Assembly (NCBI GenBank): GCA_031287715.1
Contig: JAITSN010000111.1
Location: forward strand, 17,848 to 81,847
From: Mediterranea sp.
GTDB taxonomy: Bacteria; Bacteroidota; Bacteroidia; Bacteroidales; Bacteroidaceae
DNA length: 64,000 nucleotides
Reading direction: 5' to 3'
The translations under genes and the position numbers were made by a program. The notes below the pieces were generated by a model. That model did not search any database, was not told the DNA's origin, and worked only from the letters and a program-made list of their open reading frames with translations. Positions within the stretch are counted from its first letter, which is position 1. Each line of letters opens with the position of its first letter. Positions 50,196 to 58,504 of the stretch are shown in pieces.

Positions 50196-51470
50196 TTAAA
50201 TTCCAATAGCCAAACCCATGCGCTTCTTTTGCTGAAGCATGGAAAACACAATTCCGGTAAACAACATACAGCTTATGCCCACAGCGACGCCCAGCATATT
50301 GTAATAGTCAAGCCAATTGACCCGGACATTGAACAGCGACTTCCCGAAAAGGAAAAGGCACGAAGCCAGATAACCCAGGAAATCGGATATATAAATGAAA
50401 AAGCCCACGTTGCCCCGTATCCTGAAACAGGCGATGAAGCGGTCGAAGAATACCGTCTGGAAAGCTAAGTAGGTCGTATAAATACCCATGCTCTGGAGGA
50501 ACAGCCACACGATCGGCATCGCACTCAATCCCTTGAAAAACACGGAAGACAGGAACACCACCGCCGAGCCGGAAAACATCAGCATCAGCAGAATAGTCAA
50601 CGCGCACCGGTTATTTTTCACCCTGATCATCGAACCCAGCAAGACCAATAAGAGCACCGTAACAACAGCGTCCATCCGGAAAAAGAGAAATGAGCTGAGA
50701 TGAATATCCGTATACTTGATAATATCGACAAGGAAATCTTCTTTCACGTCGCGCAAAACCGTATACAATATATTCACAGCAAGCAGGGGGACAAGGTAAA
50801 CCGCATATTTTTTCAGCAGCTCCCCGCGCTGGGCTTTATCCAGCGGGACCCGCTCGGACTTTTCTCTCTTTTCTTCAGGAGTAGGCTCGGGCAGCCTGTC
50901 CAGCAAGAAAGAAATACCGATAAGCAGCGGCAGCGCCATTCCGCCGATAACGGCAGGCATCCAAAAGGGGCCGGCGTTGAACGAAAGCACATGCAATCCG
51001 AGCGATTTGGCAGCGCCCGAACTGATCACCATACTCACACCCAGGAAGCTGGCCAGGATGTCGGTCAAACGCCTCCCCTCAATATAACTGAACAGGAAGC
51101 CCCACATGCAACCCAACGACAACCCGTTGAAGAACAAACAAAAGAAATTGAACGGATAAGGAATCGCTCCAAAAAGAACAAGCGACAGCTCCGCCCCCAC
51201 AGCAGACAGGATAATGGCCGGCAAACGGCGCTTCCGTTTCAGCTCGGAAACGATCTTGATCCCGCAATACTTGGATAGCAAATAGCCCATGATCTGGCAA
51301 ATACTGATGGCGACTTTATAATCCAGCCCCCAAAGGGTAAGCCCGTCGAAAGTGGAAGCCGTAAACGTCTTGCGCAACGCATAGACCAGAAAATAAGCAA
51401 TCAGCACGCCGCCTCCCGCCCAAATGATGAAGAGGAGATCGGAGCCGCTTTTTTGATGGTTACGAATCAT
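50196..51470 (-). CDS. MFS-like membrane protein (DUF5690-like), candidate phosphonate transporter
   Basis: Multiple TM segments; YALRKTF, EGRR, DFLGY motifs; inside phn cluster. Confidence 0.75.
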   Translation of the reverse strand: MIRNHQKSGSDLLFIIWAGGGVLIAYFLVYALRKTFTASTFDGLTLWGLDYKVAISICQIMGYLLSKYCGIKIVSELKRKRRLPAIILSAVGAELSLVLFGAIPYPFNFFCLFFNGLSLGCMWGFLFSYIEGRRLTDILASFLGVSMVISSGAAKSLGLHVLSFNAGPFWMPAVIGGMALPLLIGISFLLDRLPEPTPEEKREKSERVPLDKAQRGELLKKYAVYLVPLLAVNILYTVLRDVKEDFLVDIIKYTDIHLSSFLFFRMDAVVTVLLLVLLGSMIRVKNNRCALTILLMLMFSGSAVVFLSSVFFKGLSAMPIVWLFLQSMGIYTTYLAFQTVFFDRFIACFRIRGNVGFFIYISDFLGYLASCLFLFGKSLFNVRVNWLDYYNMLGVAVGISCMLFTGIVFSMLQQKKRMGLAIGI

Positions 51471-51488
51471 ATCCGGAGACCTGTCGGA

Positions 51489-52472
51489 TCAAAAAGTGCT
51501 GGGCCGGGTCAGGTGAAGCGGGTCTTGGGGAGCTTCGATACCCTCAAAGGCACATTCGATGGCCTTGCCGCGCCAGGCGTGGGGCGCTTTCAACCCAAAG
51601 GCGAAGATGATCGTCGGCGCAACATCATACATATATACTTCCGCCGGCACAGGATAGTTTTTCTTGATGCCGGCGCCGCTCAGGATAAAAGGAACGGTTA
51701 CTTCCTTTATGTTCGTTCCTCCGTGTCCGCGATTGATTCCTCCGTGGTCGGACACAATGAAGATCAAGGTCTCATCTTCTATCTTCGCCTCGCGTACGGC
51801 GTCCGTTATGATTCCGACCAACGAGTCGGCGCGGGCCACCGCATCCAAGTATCCCCGTGTCATGTGCCCGAACTGATGTCCGGCGGCATCCACATGGTCA
51901 AGCTGCGAAAAGATGAACTCCGGCTTTTCTTCCTTTATATATCCGGCAATGGCCTTGGCGGTCTCTTCTTCCGTCCGGAAATGCTTATCGACGGAAGGAA
52001 GCGCGCTCTCGAACAATCGTCCGAATTCGTCCCAATGATACAACATGCCGGTCTTTGCTTCGGGCCGCTGCGCGCAGATAACACTCAATACGGTCGGAAA
52101 GTAAGCCTGGTCATTCGTCACAACCGGCTCCAGATCATGTTTGTTCAACTTCCATTCATTGGAAGTGATACCATGTATTTCAGGGCCGGCACCCATCAGC
52201 ATCGAAGCCCAATTGGGCGAACTCGAAGAAGGTAATACGGTGCGCACCCGGTCGCATAAAGCGCCGTTCCGTATCAGACTGTCCATGTAGGGCGTCTTTG
52301 CCTTGTTCAACCCCTCGCTGCTCAGCCCGTCTATACCGATAACATAGACATGCTTTATACCTGCTGTTACATCTTTCGTCCCGCCGCTGCTTAGCTGCGC
52401 ACAAGATGTATTCAATAAAAACACTGCTGCGCTTAAAAGCGCAAAACCTTGATAACTCTGCTTTGTTTTCAT
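51489..52472 (-). CDS. Alkaline-phosphatase-superfamily (NPP/PafA-like) exported hydrolase
   Basis: VIGIDGL, PSSSSPNWASMLMG, DHVDAAGHQFG, SDHGG, HGG. Confidence 0.88.
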   Translation of the reverse strand: MKTKQSYQGFALLSAAVFLLNTSCAQLSSGGTKDVTAGIKHVYVIGIDGLSSEGLNKAKTPYMDSLIRNGALCDRVRTVLPSSSSPNWASMLMGAGPEIHGITSNEWKLNKHDLEPVVTNDQAYFPTVLSVICAQRPEAKTGMLYHWDEFGRLFESALPSVDKHFRTEEETAKAIAGYIKEEKPEFIFSQLDHVDAAGHQFGHMTRGYLDAVARADSLVGIITDAVREAKIEDETLIFIVSDHGGINRGHGGTNIKEVTVPFILSGAGIKKNYPVPAEVYMYDVAPTIIFAFGLKAPHAWRGKAIECAFEGIEAPQDPLHLTRPSTF

Positions 52473-52498
52473 AACTTAGAAATGTTTAATTTTTGACA

Positions 52499-52556
52499 CA
52501 AAAATATCCCGCCGGCATTACAGCAAAACCGCAATCCGGTTATAAATGGGTTACAA
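52499..52556 (-). promoter_or_regulatory. -7 box plus four Pho-box-like heptamers at 11-bp period
   Basis: TATTTTTG on minus 52499-52506; plus-strand ATTACAG(52517), ACCGCAA(52528), GTTATAA(52539), GTTACAA(52550). Confidence 0.65.
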
Positions 52557-52626
52557 ATTTATTAATTTACAATTATCTATGATTATGTATATATTTGTGT
52601 CATAAACTATAATAATAAAGAATAGA

Positions 52627-52916
52627 ATGAAAGTGGTTTACTTAAAGAAGAAAGCCGGTTTACTTAGATTGTTACCGGCCATGTGTCTATTGGTGTGAAT
52701 TGGGGAACAAATGCGCTTTACCCCGCCGCCGGGTGGCGTATCGTCGTTAGTGGGAATCTCAACGACGTGGGCACCTTCGGTATCTACTGGAGTGCGTCGC
52801 CGGACAATAACACCAGCTATAACGCCTCGTTCCTGGACTTCAGCAGCGGCGACGTCAACGTTGATGGCATCGATTACAGGGCCTACGGGTTCTCGGTGCG
52901 GTGCACGCGCGAGTAG
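52627..52916 (+). pseudogene. Internally deleted DGR-target-like gene: signal-peptide start joined out of frame to a C-type-lectin-fold variable region
   Basis: -7 box TATATTTG 52590-52597; MKVVYLKKKAGLLRLLPAMCLLV* then YPAAGWR...GIYWSASP...RAYGFSVRCTRE*. Confidence 0.7.
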
Positions 52917-52953
52917 CCAGCACTGCGCTTAAAGCCACGAAAGCCGGATGGTT

Positions 52954-54078
52954 CTATCTCCTATCTCCCTCTGCCATCCGTCTTAGTGCCAAAAATGCTT
53001 CTTTCAATGGTTGTGAAATTGCACTTGCCGGCTCTGACAATACCATCGATTGATAGATATTCAAAAAATCAGTTCTTTGTCTGTGGAAGAAATGCAGGAA
53101 ATGACGAATAAAACCGATACAATCCAAGACGGCAAATTCAACTCCTGTTTTTTCGTATAAACCTTTTGCGTATTCGGAAACTTCCGCTTCAATAGCTTCG
53201 GTGGTTATGAAAATGTAATTGTCTATTTTGTTTTCGGGCAGTTTCTGCAAAGCCACATCTATGTCGGTCTTCGTTACTCGCTTGTTTTTCATTTCATAAC
53301 AGGTAACGATTTGGTCTTCGTTTGTCAGCACAATTTCCACATCGCCCGGAGAACCGGTTTGCTTGTCAGCAGCATTATGCGCTTCGAGTGATTTGTTTAT
53401 TTCTCCAATCCTGTCTTTAACTGTTTGATAGGCAGAAGCTATGATAAGGACAGGTAACCGGCTCGAATGTTTGCAATTCAAATGTTGTATCAATAATGTT
53501 ACGATTTCTTCGGACGACAATGGCAAAACATCCGTCTGTTTTAAATCGGCAATCAACTGTTTCATCCTTTGCTCATCCTCCTTTTTGATAATCAATAAAA
53601 CACGGATTATTTCCTTCAATACTTCGCCGGCAATTTGAGGGTTGGCATATACATTTCCCAATATCTCTAAAGTAAAAACATAAATTTCTCTTGGCCTGCC
53701 CACCAACACGAGGTCAGTAGTCAAAAGACGATCAAGATTTCTAAATGCGGGAGTTAGGTATGCCGTTGTCGGATTACAGGGCAGTTTGTATTTATGTATC
53801 AGCAATTCCACATATTTTTCATCATAAAATCGTCCGGAGTAAGTATCGTCACCTCCTATTTCTGTGTATGGTTTACGTATATCCACCTGCGGATCATGAA
53901 TTTTGGCAAGCAGGCACGACATCAAAAAACGAACAGGCGCTTTGTTGGAATTACAACGGCAAATACATTCAATTTTCTCCTGCATTGCTGCAAGCGAAAC
54001 ATTGTGTCTATATAAATCGTTGTTTGCTTCTTCAAACAAGTTTTCCAGAATATCAAGAGGTATAGTGTTATTATTCAT
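52954..54078 (-). CDS. Putative type II restriction endonuclease (PD-(D/E)XK; SacI-like)
   Basis: HNAADKQTGSPGDVEI...CYEMK; overlaps methylase stop; lower GC. Confidence 0.6.
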   Translation of the reverse strand: MNNNTIPLDILENLFEEANNDLYRHNVSLAAMQEKIECICRCNSNKAPVRFLMSCLLAKIHDPQVDIRKPYTEIGGDDTYSGRFYDEKYVELLIHKYKLPCNPTTAYLTPAFRNLDRLLTTDLVLVGRPREIYVFTLEILGNVYANPQIAGEVLKEIIRVLLIIKKEDEQRMKQLIADLKQTDVLPLSSEEIVTLLIQHLNCKHSSRLPVLIIASAYQTVKDRIGEINKSLEAHNAADKQTGSPGDVEIVLTNEDQIVTCYEMKNKRVTKTDIDVALQKLPENKIDNYIFITTEAIEAEVSEYAKGLYEKTGVEFAVLDCIGFIRHFLHFFHRQRTDFLNIYQSMVLSEPASAISQPLKEAFLALRRMAEGDRR

Positions 54079-54994
54079 CAGTGAAAAGTGAAGCTGTGTG
54101 TTTTTGATTTAGTTTACGGATGTTGTAATTGACCCACAACACTTCCTGCCTTCTATCCTTTGTGGAATGGATTGTTTTTTCCGGGCTGTATATCTTTGTC
54201 CATTTTTCCGATGGATACAGTTCGTCCATCAAATTACATTCATAATTGGATATAGCTACGAATCCGTCAACCATATTGAGTGTTGCGGCTAATTCTCTGT
54301 GGGCGGAATTATCCATCTCATAGCTGTACGAGTTTATGTCGCCGCGAGTTTCGTGAATATAAGGTGGGTCACAGTAAAAAAGAGTTCCTTTGCTGTCGTA
54401 CAATTTAATAACGTCAATAGCGGGACGATTTTCAATTTGGACCCGTAACAGCCGCTCAGCAATAAATTCGAGTTGTTCAACGCCGCCCAACCAACGACTG
54501 ACAACGCCACTCATACCTGCGCGACTTGTATTTTTGCAATTAGCCCAGCGTCCAATAGTAGCCGTTTGAGCTAATCCTGTACGAACTTGGCGGGCGCGAA
54601 CATAAAAACGCCGGGCACGTTCAATATTTGACAGGTCGGGACTTAGTTCGCAAGCTAATCCAAATTCTTCTCTTGAAAAAGGAGTTAACGCAATCAGTTC
54701 TATCAAAGCGTCTCTTTCTTCTCTCAGGACTTTAAAGAAATTTACAACTTCACCGTCAATATCATTATAGGTTTCAACAGGCGACGGCGCTTTGTTCAAC
54801 AAAACCGCACCCGACCCTGCAAACGGTTCACAATAGTGAAAGCAATCCGGTAATTGGGGCAACAACCAGTCAAGGTGTGAAAATTTGCCACCATACCAAC
54901 CAAATGCAATAAGTTTTTTGGGGTTGCTTATTCGCATAATAGAAGGCGGTGCTTTGTGGGTTACTGCTTTCATCTCTTCAATCTTTAAACTCAT
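54071..54994 (-). CDS. DNA adenine methyltransferase (Dam/D12 class)
   Basis: WYGGK, EPFAGSGAV, NDID, FYCDPPY; start re-called to MSLKIEE because a -7 box TATCTTTG lies at 55028-55035. Confidence 0.92.
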   Translation of the reverse strand: MSLKIEEMKAVTHKAPPSIMRISNPKKLIAFGWYGGKFSHLDWLLPQLPDCFHYCEPFAGSGAVLLNKAPSPVETYNDIDGEVVNFFKVLREERDALIELIALTPFSREEFGLACELSPDLSNIERARRFYVRARQVRTGLAQTATIGRWANCKNTSRAGMSGVVSRWLGGVEQLEFIAERLLRVQIENRPAIDVIKLYDSKGTLFYCDPPYIHETRGDINSYSYEMDNSAHRELAATLNMVDGFVAISNYECNLMDELYPSEKWTKIYSPEKTIHSTKDRRQEVLWVNYNIRKLNQKHTASLFTDE

Positions 54995-55244
54995 AATAAT
55001 TTCTTTTTGAATATTGAGAACCGAGAACAAAGATAAATATTTTATTCGCCAATAATGCACACATTTTTTCTTTCACCTTGTCTTCAGGAAGCTACCGCAT
55101 CAAAAAAAATGAGTCCAACATGATATTACAACGGAGTACTGCAAAAGAAACGGCTTATTGAGACATTACATTTGTCTGTTTTTGAAATCTTTCAGTCCAC
55201 TGCAATTTTACACCTGCCTGTTGAGAAAAATCGGCCTGTTATAG

Positions 55245-55293
55245 TGTTACAATTCGGCAATGCTTTGTAACAGTTCAATACTTTGATGTAACA
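55245..55293 (+). promoter_or_regulatory. Three TGT(T/A)ACA sites at 21-bp period upstream of -7 box TACATTTG (55346-55353)
   Basis: TGTTACA 55245, TGTAACA 55266, TGTAACA 55287. Confidence 0.6.
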
Positions 55294-55422
55294 ATCAACA
55301 AACAGAATGAAACGAAAACAAGGGAAATTGCAGCTAAAACCATTCTACATTTGTACAATTGCTATTATTATAGGTAAAAGCAGAGTTAATCAATTTATTC
55401 ATTAATTAAAACGAATGATTTC

Positions 55423-58400
55423 ATGAGAAACACCTATTGTATGATTAGGCCGCTCGGTCTATTATTTCTATTATGTTTTGTCCCATTATGGACATTTGCA
55501 CAAACAATTACCGTAACAGGTGTTGTTAACGACCCCCTGGGTGAGCCGGTAATTGGCGCCAGTGTATTGGAACAAGGAACGACCAACGGTACCATTACCG
55601 ATATTGATGGAAACTTTACACTGAAAGTATCCCCTCAAGGTAGACTTGTGATCTCTTTTATAGGTTATCAAAGCCAGACATTGGCTGTTGAAGGAAAAAC
55701 CCATTTCAGTGTTGTTTTGAGAGATGACACACAACTGATAAACGAAGTTGTCGTTATCGGTTATGGCACGCAACGTAAATCGGATGTAACGGGTTCCATC
55801 GCTTCCGTGCGCGGTGAAGAATTGCGCGCTGTGCAAACGGGCAACATTTCGTCGGCGCTGCAAGGACGCGTGGCCGGTGTTGATATGCAGCAAACATCTT
55901 CAAGGCCGGGCGCTTCGATGCAGATTCGCGTCCGCGGCACACGTTCGTTGACGGCCAGCAACGATCCGCTGGTTGTATTGGACGGTATTCCGTTTGCGGG
56001 ATCGCTGTCCGACATCAACCCCAGCGACATCAAGAGCATGGATATTCTGAAGGATGCTTCATCGACCGCCATATATGGTTCGCGCGGGGCAAACGGCGTT
56101 ATCATGATCACCACCGACAAGGGGATCATGGGACAAAAGGCCACGGTGAACTATAACGCTTACTTCGGAGTGAAAAGCGCACAGGAATATCCGATGATGA
56201 ACAATAAAGAATTTATTGCCCTGCGCAAGGCCGCCGGCAAGTACAGCAACAACCTCGACGAGGATGACAATGTAAATACCGATTGGCAGGATCTGTTCTA
56301 TCAAACAGGCCTCACTCAAAGCCATGACATCAGCGTGCAGGGCGGCGGCAGTACAAATAGCTACAGTCTTGGTGCCGGTTACTATAATGAAAAAGGCGTA
56401 GTACCTACGCAAGGGTTCGACCGTCTTTCGCTGCGTGCCTCCATCGATCAGGAAATAGGCAAGTATGTGAAAGTAGGGGTCGTGTCCAACAGTACGTACA
56501 ACGTGACCCAAGGCAGTCAGATCGGTACGTATGGCATTCTTTCTATGGCGCCTATCGTAAACCCGTACAACGAAGACGGCAGTCTGAAGCGCGTGGTCAA
56601 GATGGCAACGGACGATCAGTTTGTCATTACCAAATCGGTTGTGAAAGGCTTGGCCGACACATGGTTGAACGAGAGCAAAGTGTTCGGTTCCTATAATAAT
56701 ATATTCGGTGAGATTAAAGCGCCTTGGGTAGAAGGTCTGAAATATCGCGCCAACCTGGGTTTGAACTTCCGCGCAACCACAGGCGGTGCGTTCACCGGAC
56801 AGGGCGTGAACAGCACCAATGCAACCACCGAATCGTCGGCTTCCATCAGCAACTCATGGCAAACCAACTGGACCATTGAAAACCTGCTCACCTACGACAA
56901 CACATTTGCCGAGAAGCATCGCGTAAGCCTGACAGGCATGTATTCCGCCGAGCAGACCACCTACAACAAATCGGCCGTATCGGCCAAGAACATACCTGCC
57001 GAATACTTCCAGTACTACAATCTGGGGCAGGCATTGGGAACGATCACCGTCGATCCCGGAAAGCAAGGCTATCAGCAGTACGGGTTAATGTCGTGGATGG
57101 GGCGTGCCATGTATGCCTACGACGACAAGTATATGGCAAGCGTTGCCTTCCGTTCCGATGCTTCATCACGATTGGCAAAGGGACACCAATGGCATACGTA
57201 TCCTGCCGTATCCATCGGCTGGAACATCGCCAAAGAAGAATTTATGGGCGATTATACACCCATCATCGACCAGCTGAAGCTGCGTGTCGGCTACGGCGAA
57301 ACATCCAACCAGTCAATAGACCCGTACAAGACGCTTGGTGCATTGACATCCCGTCCCTATAACTTCGGGAGCGCATTTGCAACAGGCTATTACGTATCGG
57401 AGTTGCCAAGCCCTGAACTCGGATGGGAATACTCCCGCACATGGAACTACGGACTCGACTTCTCGCTCCTGAACCACCGCATCTGGGGTACGTTCGAATT
57501 CTACGTGCAAAACACGCTCGATTTGCTTCAAAGCGTAAAGCTGCCGAAGACGGGAGGCGTCGGCTCGTACACGGCCAACTTCGGTACGTCGCGCAATACC
57601 GGCTTTGAGCTGTCGCTCAACGGCACTATCATCGAAAACAAAAACGGCTGGAGCTGGGATGCGGGCATCAACTTCTATCACAACGACAACGAGCTGACGT
57701 CGTTGGCATCGGGTGCAAAGTACGACAAGGACAATTCCTGGTTCACAGGCCATCCCATTGATGTGATTTACGATTACCAGAAGGTAGGCATCTGGAACGA
57801 AAGCGATCCGGATTACCAATATATGCAGATCCTCGAACCGGGTGGCAATGTCGGAATGATCAAGGTGAAATATACCGGCGACCGCGACGCGACCGGCAAG
57901 CCCCTGAGGGCCATCAATGCCGACGACCGCCAGGTTATCGATCTGGAACCCGACTTCCAAGGCGGCTTCAATACCCGCGTGGCCTATAAAGACTGGGACT
58001 TGAGCATCGTGGGCGCCTACAAGGGCGGGGGTATCCTCATCAGCACGCTCTATTCAAGTACCGGCTACCTGAACATGATGACCGGCCGCCGCGGTAACGT
58101 GAAGATAGATTACTGGACACCCGAAAACACTGGAGCCAAATATCCCAAACCCGGAGGCATTGAGCAGAGCGACAATCCGAAATACGGAAGCACGCTTGGC
58201 CGCTTCGATGCTTCTTATCTGAAAGTCCGCACGATCACGCTGGGCTACAATGTTCCGAAGAATGTTCTGAGCAAATTCGGCCTAAGCAACCTGCGCCTGT
58301 ATGCTTCGGTACAGAATCCGTTTGTGTTCTTCTCACCCTATTATGACGAATCGGGATGCGACCCCGACACGAACTCTTTAGGCGACGAAAACCAGGCCGT

Positions 58401-58491
58401 AACCACCAGCCTGCCGCCGCGTCTGCTGATTGTCGGCACCAACGCGCCTTCTACCCGCAACTTCCTGATCGGACTTAATCTGTCATTCTAA
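55423..58491 (+). CDS. SusC/RagA TonB-dependent transporter
   Basis: NEVVVIGYGTQRK, LKDASSTAIYGSRGANGVIMITT, terminal GLNLSF. Confidence 0.97.
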   Translation: MRNTYCMIRPLGLLFLLCFVPLWTFAQTITVTGVVNDPLGEPVIGASVLEQGTTNGTITDIDGNFTLKVSPQGRLVISFIGYQSQTLAVEGKTHFSVVLRDDTQLINEVVVIGYGTQRKSDVTGSIASVRGEELRAVQTGNISSALQGRVAGVDMQQTSSRPGASMQIRVRGTRSLTASNDPLVVLDGIPFAGSLSDINPSDIKSMDILKDASSTAIYGSRGANGVIMITTDKGIMGQKATVNYNAYFGVKSAQEYPMMNNKEFIALRKAAGKYSNNLDEDDNVNTDWQDLFYQTGLTQSHDISVQGGGSTNSYSLGAGYYNEKGVVPTQGFDRLSLRASIDQEIGKYVKVGVVSNSTYNVTQGSQIGTYGILSMAPIVNPYNEDGSLKRVVKMATDDQFVITKSVVKGLADTWLNESKVFGSYNNIFGEIKAPWVEGLKYRANLGLNFRATTGGAFTGQGVNSTNATTESSASISNSWQTNWTIENLLTYDNTFAEKHRVSLTGMYSAEQTTYNKSAVSAKNIPAEYFQYYNLGQALGTITVDPGKQGYQQYGLMSWMGRAMYAYDDKYMASVAFRSDASSRLAKGHQWHTYPAVSIGWNIAKEEFMGDYTPIIDQLKLRVGYGETSNQSIDPYKTLGALTSRPYNFGSAFATGYYVSELPSPELGWEYSRTWNYGLDFSLLNHRIWGTFEFYVQNTLDLLQSVKLPKTGGVGSYTANFGTSRNTGFELSLNGTIIENKNGWSWDAGINFYHNDNELTSLASGAKYDKDNSWFTGHPIDVIYDYQKVGIWNESDPDYQYMQILEPGGNVGMIKVKYTGDRDATGKPLRAINADDRQVIDLEPDFQGGFNTRVAYKDWDLSIVGAYKGGGILISTLYSSTGYLNMMTGRRGNVKIDYWTPENTGAKYPKPGGIEQSDNPKYGSTLGRFDASYLKVRTITLGYNVPKNVLSKFGLSNLRLYASVQNPFVFFSPYYDESGCDPDTNSLGDENQAVTTSLPPRLLIVGTNAPSTRNFLIGLNLSF

Positions 58492-58504
58492 AACCATAAC
58501 ACGT

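Noticed and set aside
55095-55107. CCGCATCAAAAAA also found at the right end of the 32.7 kb array (33166)
   Set aside because: Short and A-rich; no further shared sequence, probably chance
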